Source: Tricharina praecox
Lineage: Eukaryota
DNA: 64,000 nucleotides
Assembly: GCF_024521635.1 (NCBI RefSeq)
Contig: NW_026250431.1
Coordinates: forward strand, 372,001 to 436,000
Direction of reading: 5' to 3'
Of the stretch, positions 23,631-36,228 are shown piece by piece (within the stretch, counting starts at the first letter, position 1; the number at the start of each line of letters is the position of its first letter). A program made the position numbers and the translations under genes. The notes under the pieces are model-generated. The model made no database searches. It was not told the DNA's origin and worked only from the letters and a program-made list of their open reading frames with translations.

Positions 23631-26600
23631 ATGGGCGAGGCACCAAAGGCTACGTTCAAGCCTGTTGGTACCAAGGTCGCCCGAAAGGCTGCCAAGAGGG
23701 GTGTTCCGGAATCCCCGACTCCTCGTCCGAAATACCGGTTAAAACCAGCTGTCGCTCCTACTGCGGTCCCTCGGACACCGAGGAGACAGAAAAAGAAGTC
23801 ATCATATCCTATGATACCTGTCACTCCACGACGGATAAAGGTTAAGTTCTCTCCGAAAAAACCGCCAGCCACACCTTATCGTGACAGGACGAGCATGTTT
23901 CCGTCCCCACAGAAACCTGTTGTGCCTCCCCAAGGTGCTCATTGCACTGTCACGCCCCGGCAGCCGACTTCGGACGAAAAGAGACCGAAGATCATGATCG
24001 GTCCCTACATCTTGGGAAAGAAATTAGGCGCCGGATCGAACGGCAAGGTCTGTGTTGCGAGAAACCTGATGTCCGGGGATTCAGTGGCCATCAAGGTCAT
24101 ATCGAAGCAGGCAGCCGCAAACGACAGTGCGATCTCTTACGCAGTCAAAAAGGAGGTCGCGGTTTTGAAGCTGATGAACCATCCCAACATTGTCAAATTC
24201 AAATCCTTCTATGAAGACGACAATAATTTGTGAGTAACCTGCTCCCCAACGCATCACTCGACACGACTAATGATTAATGTGTTTTTTTCTAGTTACGTCG
24301 CCATGGAATACTGTGAGGGTACCGAGCTATACAAGCTTCTCGCCGGTTACGGTGCATTGACCGAAGCTCAGGCGCTTCCGTTGTTTCGACAGATGCTTTC
24401 AGCCATTTATTACTGTCAAATGATAAATGTCGCCCACAGAGATATCAAGCCGGAAAACATGGTCTTGACTTGGGACAATAAACTCAAAATCGTCGACTTT
24501 GGGTTGTGTTCGATTGCCGGCAAAAACATCTTCATGAGCACTCTCTGTGGTTCGCCCCACTACGTTGCTCCGGAGATTCTCCAGTCACAAGAATATGACG
24601 GCAGAAAGGCGGATGTGTACGTATTCCAATCTTCATATCATATATGCCATAGCTTGCAGTCGCTGATAGTTCTTTGCTGGAAGTTACTCATTGGGCGTTG
24701 TCCTTTACGTCTTGGTGACTGCTCACAGTCCTTTCCCCGACGGTAAACTATCAACTACTGTCGCAGTGATGAAGGAAGGCCAATTCTTGAAGCCTTGGTT
24801 CAGTCCCGAGCTGACGGACCTGCTTTCAAAAATGCTTGAGTTTGATCCTGGAAAGCGGATCAAGCTAAGGAAGATTTGGGAGCATCCTCTCGTCACGAAA
24901 TGGGCGCCGGCGGACCGACTGCCGGGCAGACCCGCGGACATCATTTCCGGAGCGGTGGGAATTGCAGACTGCGATGGTCCACTGCTGAAAGAGGACGATG
25001 AGGTCGATGCTATCACTATGGGCAATCTAATTGGGCTTCACCCGGGAATGGACGAGACTCACATCTACCATCAGCTGAGGACGGAGGTGTAAGTCACGCC
25101 CTTCCGAGCTTCAGTCTTCCGAGCTAACATGGAACACAGATCAAACGGCATCAAACAGCTCTACTGTATTCTGATAGACTTCAGAAACAAAAACAGGCAT
25201 ATTTATCCAAAACTGTCGGAGAGAGAGATTCGTGGTGGGGAGAGAGCTACGGAGCTGGTTGCCAGCCCGCCAACCCTACGGGGTTATGGTCCGGCCAATG
25301 TCTCTCCATCGACAGTACCTTCAATTGGGTACTACACGGAGAGCTTTCAGAATGTCTTTGACCACGGATTTCGGGAACTGCTTCCACCAGAGGAAGTCGA
25401 GACCGCAGAAATGGAGGGAGCCCCAGGAATTCCTAATAAGCCATCGTTGATCGAATACATGCTGCAAATGAAGGCGGCGGAAAAAGATAAAGATTACTTC
25501 GAAGGTTGTGACTCGGATGACAACGCAGAAGAGATCGCTCAAGCACCCAGTCTCGGACTTGATATGTGGAGGCCCTTGCTAGAAGCAGATCAGTTCGAAG
25601 ACATGTCTGAATGGGAGCTCGCTTCAGAATTGGACGAAGCCATTAACGGCGATGATCACGACGATTTCGGAGAGTTCTATCACCAAGAATCACAGGCCGA
25701 TGAAGAGCTCTCCAGGTTGCCTGCCGAGAACTCAGTTGTCCTGTCCGACCGGGAACGGAAAAATCTCGAGGGCAGTCCGGACAATGCAGCTGAAGTCCCG
25801 AAAGAAAACGAAGATTTCAATTGGATGTCTGATTCGGACAGCTTCAGCACTATACGCTCACCCTCACAGCGGGCCAGGTCTGGATCAAAGGCCTCCACAG
25901 TCTCTTTCCTAAGGGATCAGCCAACCCTAGGCTACAGGCGCAAATTGAGTGTTGCTACTCCTACGAGAAGCCGGGGTCCCTCGTTTCAAGACGGCCCAAT
26001 CCTAGGAGGCGACGCGTTGGAAAATATTCAACGCCACCAGCGCCGGTCCCGCGATATGGAGTCTTACGTATATCAGCAGGCGTTGATGACGGTTGGGCTC
26101 GAAGTGCATCCGTCGAATGGCTCGTTGTGCCATGCTCGTAGCCCTCCTCCATCCGTGGAAGGCGAACCGGCTACTCCTGGATACCGCACATTTTCCTTTT
26201 CCGATAGTTCTCATAAAGGAAGCGTCGCTCTTTCCCCACTACACAAGCAGGCATCATCACATGTCACCGGCAGCATGGTCACCCAGAAAGGCTCCAGAGC
26301 GGCCTCGTTCCTCTCGCGGAGAAGTTCTGGACTGATCATCCAGCAGATGAACGCTCACATGCGTCCCCGTGGTCTTCTCCCGGGTTGGTACAGCATGACC
26401 TCAGGTAATTACTCGGCCAACGGAGGGACTCCGGATTCTCGATTTGCGGATCTTTCGTCCTCGAATCCCCCAATGTCGCGCGACGAGAGTCACGAAACCA
26501 TCAAGAACAATCCTGTTGGCTCGGTAATTGGAAAGGATCCGAAACTCCATACTACGCCTGCAGAGGATCATGCGGGTATCCAGGAGGATGAACAAGAGGC

Positions 26601-27459
26601 TACGGATCGCAATGTGAACCCTGAGATCAAGGTTCCTAAGCTCAAGTTTGCCGAGTTCACGATTCCTCAGCTTGAAGTCCCTAACGTACACGGAGGTTTT
26701 CTCAATGTGCCCCAGACTGGCCCGGCTGATGGCGGCTCCAAGGGCGCCCTGTCATTCCTGAAGAAGTCGTTCAAGAATGTCCTTCACAAGATAACTGCTC
26801 GCAAAGGTAAGTTTTGATCAATGAATATGTCGATGCCTTTTACTAAAATTTCTACAGTTCAACGTACGGAGAACAAGATGCGCGGTCTCATGGAACTTTT
26901 TCAACAGGCGGCTCCGGAGATTGAAAACGATGACGATTACGAAGATATCGACGAATTCGAAGATATCGAACGGGACGAGTACATCCGTATTGCCAAGCAA
27001 CAGACATGGATCAAGCGGATGCTCCGAATGATGCCGAGCTATGTCTTCAGCTGCTTCAATGTCCCGGCGTTTGAAGCCTATGCGATGTGCATCCAGCTCT
27101 TGAAGCGCTGGCGCCATATCGGCATTATCATCCTTCAGGATGATCATAAGGGTCTCGTGATGCGGTGCAAGATCCCAGACGTACCTCGTAAGATTTTCCA
27201 CCGCCATTCCCAAGCCTCTCGATCGAGATTACTAACCCCTGATTGAACAGACATGTGTGTCAAGGCTTGCGAGATCGTTGTCGAGATCCGCGTGGCCCAG
27301 GGAAATCGCCGTGTGGGCACATGCGTCGCTCGATTCACCCTGGAGAAAGGATCGCAGAGTTCTTTCCACTTCCTACACGACAACATGGAAAAGATTTTCG
27401 AGGCGTCCATCAACAAGAAGCCCCACGAGGTCACCCGGATGTTGAGGGTGTTCATCTGA
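23631..27459 (+). CDS. Nim1/GIN4/HSL1-type CAMKL Ser/Thr kinase with probable C-terminal KA1-like domain; 6 exons
   Basis: IGPYILGKKLGAGSNGKV, VAIK, HRDIKPEN, DFG, TLCGSPHYVAPE, DVYSLG. Introns 24230-24292, 24617-24683, 25089-25139, 26807-26857 and 27188-27250 all keep the frame. C-terminal ARFTLEKGSQSSF resembles the fungal KA1 end. Confidence 0.85.
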
Positions 27460-29653
27460 GCATTCATCCTTACTCTTTTTACTAATTTTGCTTTACTTGT
27501 CAATACGGATTTCGGAAAACAAAAAAAAACGAAAGAAAAAAAAACAAAAAAACGAAAATCCTCCTCGAACGCCGTCGGGAAAGCCACAGAAAGATCGGAC
27601 GATTCTAATACGACCAAAAAAAGGAAAAAACGGCGGATTAATAGTAATGGTGGTTCTCTTGAAGGCTTTGGATTTCTGATAGGAAGGTTGTCTGAGGTTT
27701 TGGAGGATCACGGGACGTGGGTCCATCGGGAAGATGATCCTTTTTGCGACATGCGACATACGACGAACGATGGTACTAGTGTACTGCGACGATGGTACTG
27801 GTGTACTAAAAAAGCGATGATTTCTTGGGTATCTGTTTTGTACGATTTGGCTGGCTGGCAACTGTTGGAAGGTCTTTCGGGTTTCTTCTTGGTTAGCTAG
27901 TTGGTTGATTTGGCAATGAAAAGTTACATTCACCAAATGATAGGGATGCACTTCTTGAATTGTTTCGCGTAGTATGTTTGAATGGCGGTGAGTACTAAGT
28001 AGTCGTGTCGGTGATAGAATCTTCAGGTAGATATCCTCTAATATCAAGCACAGAGTGAATTGTGAATGACGCCCAGGGCATGAGCGGTACACATGATCGA
28101 GTGGTATAAATTGGGTATCTAAGGGGACGAGCACCAAGTACTTAGACGTACGACGCCACTGCGGCGACCTTCATGGTAGCCACCACTACCAGCACAGCTG
28201 CAACCAGAATAATCGAGACAGTGAGTTATGTTGTTGTGTAGACGCACTACCGCCTCCCAATCCGGCACATTCATGTACTGCAAAAAATCCACAATTGCCC
28301 GGACATGTAAGGGATAATTTCCGATAGTTGATCGTCCTCGTTTTGCAACCGATTAGAGGACAATGATCCCAGCTGATCGTCCTCTTTTTTCGACCGATTA
28401 GCGCTGGTCTTCGTGGTATTGGCCGCACTCGTAGTACGTGCGACGTTTAGTCAATACAAGATTCCCTATGGCAAACCCCCGCGATACCTATTCAATATCG
28501 TCTCGTACAATACACTACATACGGCCTCCAATCAGAACTCCCCGCCCTCCGGCCTCGTTTCTCCAACATAAGTTCACACCATCAACATCTTTATTATTTC
28601 TGATACTAGGAAACAGGCCATTCTCATGAACTTCAGTCTCAACTTAGCCTTCTGGGTGCTTTAGCTGACGTTCCAGAGAATTGCCGCCCTCACGTAGTCC
28701 TCACTGTAGCCCTAATCGGCCATAACCCTAGAGACCAGGATTACATGCTGCATGGATTATTAACCGTAGCCCTAAGCTCACTAACTGGTGGTAGTTAATC
28801 CTCATCCTGGCTTCGACGGTAGGTTAACGTTATCACGTGGTCTATAGTAGATTGAAACTTTGATAGAAGGCTGCGGAATAAATGAAGCTGTTCGGCCGAT
28901 ATAAGATCAGATACGGGTAGTACTAGAAGGACTTTTGGAAGTTCTCTAATATCATTTATGGTGTAGGCGACATGTCCCAAAGGTCCACTACGATGATGCA
29001 AAGTGGATCTTCGAACCTCGCAGCCCGTGGAGTCTGCACCGAGCTCCAGGACGAGTCGGACCGCGTCCCAAAAAATGATAGAAAGCACCTGTAGGCTGTT
29101 CGAGCTCACAGAGTATGCTTCCGCAATGACATACTACCTAGTACACCGAGATCAAAGGAACTGTCACCCAGCTCGAGAGTCGAGATCTGTGGTGTCAAGA
29201 TGGATCAACAAGCCATAACATGGTACCTACCCGATTAAAGGCCTTTCTGATTCGACCGAATAGGTAGACAAATTTCACGTGAATGTTGGTTGGAATTTTG
29301 TACTGAGCACGGTAGGTACCACTTCCGAACCCGCCGTGGAGCAGCTAGAACCTTCGAGGTCACTCTCCGATGCAAGAAGAATGTTCCGGACGATTATGTG
29401 CTCTTGCAAAGCGCTGTGCGTAGCGTGCTACGAGCCTACGGCTACGGCGAGCAAGGCTATCGAAAGCCGGATTGCAGGGACACAGACCAGTACGATACGA
29501 AACACAAAACACAAAACACAATCAGCGCATCGAAACAGCCACCGAAAAAGCTACTGAAAAAGCCAACGAAACAGCCGTTGGAAAACTTCCATGTTGGAGG
29601 CGGTGTGGCTGTCGATAGCCTCGTGCTCTCCGTTGCATTCGGCTTCGCTGGTA

Positions 29654-29859
29654 CATGTGGTTAGCGCCAGATTAGAGACCTTGGCGCTTAGTCAATAGCA
29701 GATACTAGTGACCGTCTACACTGCTATGTACTCTACATACCGCCCGTGGTCGCGCCCGCCAGTCGCCCCCCCAATCGTCGCCCCCTCAATCGTCGCCCCC
29801 GCCCGTGGTATCTGATATTGACTAAGTGCCAAGGTCTCCAAGCCAGCGCTAACCACATG
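29654..29859. mobile_element. MITE-like element with 52-bp terminal inverted repeats
   Basis: 29654-29705 matches the reverse complement of 29808-29859 at 46 of 52 positions; non-coding ~100-bp core with three GTCGCCCC copies; no clear TSD. Confidence 0.65.
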
Positions 29860-30312
29860 CGAAGCGCTCCAAGCCTGTGTGTAACAGCGCTAATGACTTT
29901 GTACGACAGGTCAGTTATCTGAGATAATACGGTATGTTATTGTCGTTAGGATTAAAACTACTATAAATCACTGGATTCTTGATTCCGGTACTACTAATCA
30001 CATGGCCGGATTCTTAGTTATCCGTCACCTACTCTACTGTCAATTGCGACCTGGCGGACATGTCACAAAGGTTGCAGACGAGCGATTCACCAACGTTGGC
30101 CGTATCGACGATATCACCAGTAAATTCAACAGCAGCAACGATAGGCACGTCTCCAAGGGCATCCACACGGGGAAGGCAGTGCGGAGTAAACGGATTTGTA
30201 ACAGTCACGACCTACCCAAGGCCAAATGCTATGATGATTACAACAAGAATAGCATGTGTATTGTAAAGTAGACTGCCTATCATTCAGCCCGCGCAAACTC
30301 CTCAACTACGAC

Positions 30313-31032
30313 CTAACCACAACTCCCACCCGAGCACGAAGCATTAGTCCTCTTGACAGTGTCCATACTCCCCAACTTCCTGCCACCCGGGCCACCGCCT
30401 CCACCACCACCACCACCACTGCCGCCTCCTCCCCGAACCGAGAACCTGCTCTCCTCGGCCGCCTTAATCCCATCGATACTAAACAGACTAACGACGTACA
30501 GTACCACGAAGCGGATGATCGTATCCACCAGCCCACCGATCCTATTCCCCAACGGTGCGGTAGCCGCCAGGGTGCCATTCCTCACAAACACTGGCTTCGG
30601 CGTGCTCGGCGCGCCGCCCAACTTGACGCCCTGGCCAACCGCCGGCTTCGCGCTCTTGGCGGCGGCGGTAACGGCCGACGTCAGCCCTCCCGCGTCGGCG
30701 CCGCGGATGCGCGCCGTCTCCCGCCCGTTGGTGAAGACTAGGAACGTCGGCATCGCCGTAACGGTGTACTGCTGCGCGATGGCCTGCGCGGCGTCCACGT
30801 CGACCTTGGCGAAGGCTACCTTGCCGGGAGACGCGTGCTTCGAGGCGAGCGCGGAGAAGACGGGCGCGATAGTCTTGCAGGGGCCGCACCAGGTTGCGTG
30901 GACTACGCGGAGTTAGTTGGTGAAGGAGGTGGGCAGAGACGGGGACGCACAGTCGAGGACTACTACGCTGTTTTTGCTGAGCAGCGTGCTGAGCTGCGCG
31001 GGCGTCGTAAGGTCGGTTATTTTTGCTGCCAT
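30313..31032 (-). CDS. Thioredoxin (WCGPC) fused to a SelK/SelG-like C-terminal region, 223 aa; exons 31032-30951 and 30902-30313
   Basis: Intron 30950-30903 yields VVLDFHATWCGPCK...FAKVDVD...AMPTF; then GQGVKLGG, VFVRNG, hydrophobic IIRFVVLYVVSLFS, a poly-Gly tract, GRKLG and terminal CSGGSCG*. Confidence 0.9.
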
Positions 31033-31307
31033 GGTTGTGGGGTATTGGTGTTTGGTGTTTGGTGGTGGAGGTGAGCTTAGGTGGGAGCGAGATAAGGTGA
31101 GAGTGGCAATGGTGTCGTGTCGGTTCGGTTCGGTCGCGTGAGTTATGCGGCTCTGAGCTCTCGAGAAAGCTACCTGGCCGCTAGTTAGCACCAAGCTAAT
31201 GCCCACCCCTGTCTGCGCCAGCCGATTTTCCTTTCTCCGTCGCGCAAACCACGTCTTCCCGCGCGCACCAGCACCATCCCCCACCAGCACCACTCTCCAC
31301 CACAACC

Positions 31308-31969
31308 ATGGCGCACGCCCTCGAACCGCTCGACCTCCTCGACGACCTTGACGACAGTCTATCGGTGCTGACCAGCACGCTCGCGCCCCTCCTCAGCACG
31401 CCGCTGAGCGATGTCGCCACTTCACTCACGGTGGCCGACAAAGCGCGGCTGCACGTCCTGGCCACTTACGCGCTCGACTCGCTGCTATTCTCATATCTGC
31501 GGCTGCAGGGAACGAACACCAAGAACCATGCCATCATGACGGAGCTCACGCGCGTGCGCCAGTATGTCGCCAAGATCAAGGGCGCAGAGCCCGCCACCGA
31601 GAGGCCAATGGCTCTAGACAAGCAGGCGGCTGGGAGGTTCATCAAGGCCGGGCTGGCCGGGAATGATAAGTACGATGTGGAGAGGGCGGAGCAGGTTAGG
31701 GCGCAGAAGGAGGGGGCTATGGAGAAGCTGGTGGCGCTGGATGAGAAGTCGGCGAAAGCGGGAAGCCCGAAGGAGAGCGAGGAGGGAGACGGGAGTGGCG
31801 GTGGGGGTGAGAAGAATAGGAAGGCCAAGAAGAGTAAGGCCGGGAAGGAGACAAGAAGAGAAGAGAGGAAAGGTGAGACGACAATCCGTGGTAACGGGGG
31901 GACTGAGGACTGACGGCGTGCGCAGAAAAGCGGAAGGATGTGCGAAAGAAAAATAAGGATCTCACGTAG
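31308..31969 (+). CDS. LRP1: Sas10/Utp3/C1D-family exosome cofactor (Rrp47/Lrp1); exons 31308-31872 and 31926-31969
   Basis: DKARLHVLATYALDSLLFSYLRLQG...HAIMTELTRVRQYVAKIK...LDKQAAGRFIKAGL; intron 31873-31925. Confidence 0.88.
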
Positions 31970-32091
31970 TGAGATGAGACGCAAACTAGAGCATATCATA
32001 GAGAGAGACAGAACACATCAATTCATTGTTGCATACGGCCTAACTACCTGACTATGGCGACCCTAAACACAACCTCCTACCAGCTCCGAGA

Positions 32092-32229
32092 AACGAATCG
32101 TGTACCTACGCAACAGCAGATCGACCCCTACATATTCCTCGAGGGGAAAGCTGTTGAGGCTTATGTATTGCCTTCTCCTCGAGGAACACATAAGAGTCAA
32201 TCTGCTGTTGCTTGGGTACGTGATTCGTT
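32092..32229. repeat. Inverted repeat/hairpin with 60-bp arms and an 18-nt loop
   Basis: 32092-32151 versus reverse complement of 32170-32229: ungapped, 48/60 identical, 11 of 12 differences are transitions. Confidence 0.9.
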
Positions 32230-32752
32230 CCCCACAGGTGAGCAACGCACTATTGCCCAAATCCATCGGTATGCTATACCATGACCTATGGGAGGGACTC
32301 GAGATTCTGTATATATAGAGGACCTCCGGTCCGGAGAGATTGCGCAGTAATTGAACATGATGAGCATCGAGATCCTCTTTTAACCAACACTAGTCAGTAC
32401 AGAACAGCATTGTGACGTTGCGTAAGTAGATAACATACTGCTGAACCAACGTACTCTCCAGAGGCATCCGGCTGCTCATTTGGGAGATATTTGCTGTCTG
32501 TGAGCTTGTACCTACCTATTCATCCATCAGTAATCTCTCCCAAAGATTCCCCAACTCCTGCCGGAACAGAAGGGTTTCCGTAGGGCGTACGTACAGTACA
32601 GAGTGATTTCACTATTGAATGTGGTTCTACCGGCAGGACTGTAGTCATGTTGTTAAATAGAATTCCGACCAGACGGACTGTGAGCCGTGGTACGATGTAT
32701 CGTCATCGAGAATAGCTCGAGGTGGATGAGACAAACGATCTCACGGTCTGTA

Positions 32753-32887
32753 CTGGTTGGTTATACGGAATTGGACTTTGCTGGAGACTCAAATAACAGG
32801 AAATCGACATGCGGCTGTGTATTTACTTTTTGCGGAGGCATAAAGGCAGTTCACATTGCGACTTCAAATCCCTCATCTGAATCCATT
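32753..32887 (+). mobile_element. Ty1/copia RNase H relic
   Basis: LVGYTELDFAGDSNNRKSTCGCVFTFCGGI...HIATSNPSSESI matches the copia pattern GYSDADWAGD...RKSTSGYVF...GG...VALST.EAEY. Confidence 0.75.
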
Positions 32888-32979
32888 GTACCGCGAGGTC
32901 GCAAGTTGCCCCAACTGGCGCCTCTGTTCTCTCCGATCGAATGATCGATTAGCATATATAATGTATTCAGCATCTTATC

Positions 32980-33500
32980 CTAGTAGCCCTCCCCCTTCCC
33001 GCCCTCCATGATCGCCACCCCACTGCTAGTTCCGATCCTATCCGCGCCCGCCTCCAGCATCCTCTTCGCCGACTCAGCCGTTCTCACGCCCGCACTAGCC
33101 TTGACTCTGATCCTGCCGTCCCAGCCATGTCCCTTCCACGCATACCCCTCCACCGCATTCCTCATCAACGCAACATCCCCCGTAGTCGCCGCCCCCCCGG
33201 AGAACCCCGTACAAGTCTTGACAAACGCGGCACCAGCCTCGGCCGAGATCAAGCACGCGGCTACCTTCTCCTCATCCGTGAGTAGGGCCGTCTCGATGAT
33301 CACCTTGACCGGGTACGGCGCCGCGGTAGAAACGACCGCGGCGATGTCGCGGTACACCCGCACGTATTCTCGAGATTTTAGCAGCCCGACCGCGAGAACC
33401 GTGTCGATTTCGGTCGCGCCGTGGGAGATCGCCGTTTTCGTCTCACTGCGTGCGTGGTCCATCTCGTTAGCATAGCCCTCTGAAACCAAACATGGTAGGG

Positions 33501-33539
<39 letters not shown>

Positions 33540-33846
33540 ATTCTTTCCCCTCGGTGCTCATCGCGCCCAGCGGGAAACCGACGACGACACACGCCTTGGC
33601 ACCACTCGCTGCAACCTGCTTTGCATGGCTGGAGTTGACGCACACGCTGTAGAAGCCGTGGGTTTTTGCCTGTTCGCAGACGTTGGCGATCTGGTCGGTG
33701 GTGGCGGCCGGAGCGAGCAGCGTGTGATCGATCGTCTGTGCGATGTTGGCGGGCAGCGGGACGGGCGCTGGCGCGGGCGACGAGAGGATTGCCGGTGTTT
33801 TGGACAGCAGGCTGGTCCAGTAGGATTCGCTGAGTTTGTCGGCCAT
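32980..33846 (-). CDS. DERA: Deoxyribose-phosphate aldolase (DERA); exons 33846-33539 and 33445-32980
   Basis: IDHTLL, VCVN, VVGFPLG, GATEID, VKVIIET, FVKTCTGF, VKASAGVRT, GADRIGTS; 93-nt intron 33538-33446 containing a (CT)n tract. Confidence 0.95.
33503..33535. repeat. (GA)16 microsatellite inside the DERA intron
   Basis: Read directly. Confidence 0.95.
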
Positions 33847-35339
33847 TGTTGCGCTGTGTGCTGTGTGGCCGTGGACGGTGGAAGGGTAAATGCCGCCGTT
33901 ATGTATATGTCCCGCGTGGCCGGTCCCGGGCGAGGCGGGGCAGGGTCGCGTCGCGCTAACTACCACTGCACCCCAACGCCACCCCGGCCCGCATGCAGGA
34001 CATCACCCGGAGATTCTGCACGGTAGGGATGTCAAATTAGCGTAAAGTCTGAGGTCATGATACTGTGCAACACGCCATCCACGTGACTGGGGATTGAAGG
34101 TGGCGCAGAGATGTGGCGGCGGGCAAGGAGGAGAGTCGAGACTCGAGACGACTCCTTGAAGGTAAGGGGCGATTATGGACACGACTCTCGATTGGCTCCA
34201 CCAGTGCCCACTGCCAGAGATGAAAAAGAGGGGAATCCTTTTGAAAACTCTGACATCTGTTCACTGCTAACTCAAGAAGATGCCAAACCCAACGTCCGAC
34301 CGTGATGTGGCTGCTGCGGTCAGAGAGGAAATTAAGCCCGGCTTCAAGGTATGATCTCTACTCTAGTTGTGGCGAAGTTGTTATTTTACAAAAAAAAAAA
34401 AGTTCAAGGACTGATGACAAGTCGTTGAATTGAAGCATTATTGCGGAGAAGAAGAGGCGCAAAATACCACCCGGCAGCGGCACCGTCATTTACTCAAATG
34501 TCCACGGCCCACAGTCCATGCGGCCAGCATTCTCTTCAAAAACATGACTCGGAAGCCTACAATCCCCCCCTCCCCCGCATTCAGGCCGGAATTAACCAGC
34601 AAAGGTCCCCACTGAAGAAATCAGAGCCAGAGGGGCCCTCGGTCGACTTTGATAGAGATAGGTTGTGACGGGGGTGAAGAAAGTCAAGCACAAGCCACGA
34701 AAGAGAAATGGTTCGTGAAAGAAGAAAGGCCTTCCGTAAAGTTCAAGAGACCCGATAGCAAGAGAACAAACCGAAGAAACGAGCAGACAACCCCTTGGAC
34801 GAATCGAGCAGGTAACCGGCAAAAAGACAAGAACGATGAAAGCAATGATGGTAACAATGATGATGGACGATGAGACAGACAGACAGACTCTCGGCAAAGC
34901 AAACAAGAGCACTCCGAACGTTTGACCCCGCCGCATCTGGTCTAGCAGGTCGGCGAAAATTCACCGCTCGTGCATCTGCATGATTTCATCATTGACAGCA
35001 GAGACCATGGACGTCGAACGACGGCATCGTGTCTCCCCTCCAAAAACCCCTGGCATCTCGGATCGCCTGCAGGCTGCATAACAGGTAGTCCCGCCAGGTC
35101 CCTACAATGTTCCTCTCCCCAGATACAAGGTCTCACCCAGGTTCTAACAAGGTCGCCTTTCTTCGGAGAAGCCAGCAGAAAGCCATGTGGGCGAAGGTTG
35201 GGAAGCAGACAAAGAGAAGGAAGGGGAGATGGTCAGGTCATAGCGGAGCTGTTCGCCGATGAGCGGTGCAGCGATGCAGCGATGCGATCGTAGAGTTCCT
35301 AGGAACGCCGGACGAGGGAGGAAAGCTCCGCCAGACTTA

Positions 35340-35462
35340 GAGGACGAGGAGGAGGACTCCTGGAGGAGCCTGGAGGACGAGGAGGAGGACTCCTGGAGGA
35401 GCCTGGAGGAGCGTGGAGGAGGAGGACTCCTGGAGGAGCCTGGAGGAGCGTGGAGGAGGAGG
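35340..35462. repeat. Minisatellite GGAGGAGGACTCCTGGAGGAGCCTGGAGGA, 3 copies
   Basis: Read directly. Confidence 0.9.
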
Positions 35463-36178
35463 GAAGCGAAGCAATCGGGGGGCAGAACAAGAGTACCCAG
35501 CAGGATGCTGTGTTTGCGGCCTGTGCAGGGAGGTGCGGAGCCACGATATGTCATTGTCTGTTCTTGGTGCGAAACATATACTGGTCCGATTTCCCTTGTT
35601 TTTTTGTTTTTTTTGTTTGGCAGGCAGCGGCGCCGCATCGTGCTGGCCGGTAGCGGGATCCCAACCCGTCCCCGGCTGGCCAGGGTGGGAAGGAAAGGAG
35701 TGCGACGGTTCGCCATAGTCTCGAATCTAGATGGGCTGCATGCGAAATAAACTGAAGATCTCTCTCTGCCTCGCCGTCCTGCGAACGCCCATGCTCGAGC
35801 ACCCTTTTCAGCGCCCAGCAGAGTCCAGAGTCCAGACTCCTGCGATCAAGAATGTCTACTACACCGAGCCTCGCTGCCCCAGGCCCTCAGCACGACTCTC
35901 TCTCCTCCATGAGCTCGGAGCAACTTGCAAGGACTGATCTTGCAGCTTGCACTCGGACTCGCCAGATGGATCGGGCACATGTCATATTTTTGCCATAGTC
36001 TCGATGGGCTGCATGAGAAATAAACTGAAGATCTCTCTCTTTCGTCCGCTGCAGTTGAGGGTAGCGGTGCTGAGATGCTCCAGGAAGCTCTGTGGGTGTC
36101 CAGCACGGCTGACACCCGCCCGGCACCAGGTACATACTGCACACCTGGCGGTTTGTTTTGTTTTCCATTGGCTGGTGT

Positions 36179-36181
<3 letters not shown>

Positions 36182-36227
<46 letters not shown>
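36182..36227. repeat. (TC)23 microsatellite
   Basis: Read directly. Confidence 0.95.

Positions 36228-36228
<1 letters not shown>

Noticed and set aside
27493..28137. 214-aa minus-strand ORF behind the kinase
   Set aside because: No ATG start or recognisable motif, and it runs into an A/T tract in the kinase 3' region.
30250..30340. True selenoprotein (UGA-Sec) at the SelK-like tail
   Set aside because: The terminal codons are TGT GGT TAG, i.e. Cys-Gly-stop; there is no in-frame TGA and no SECIS was recognisable.
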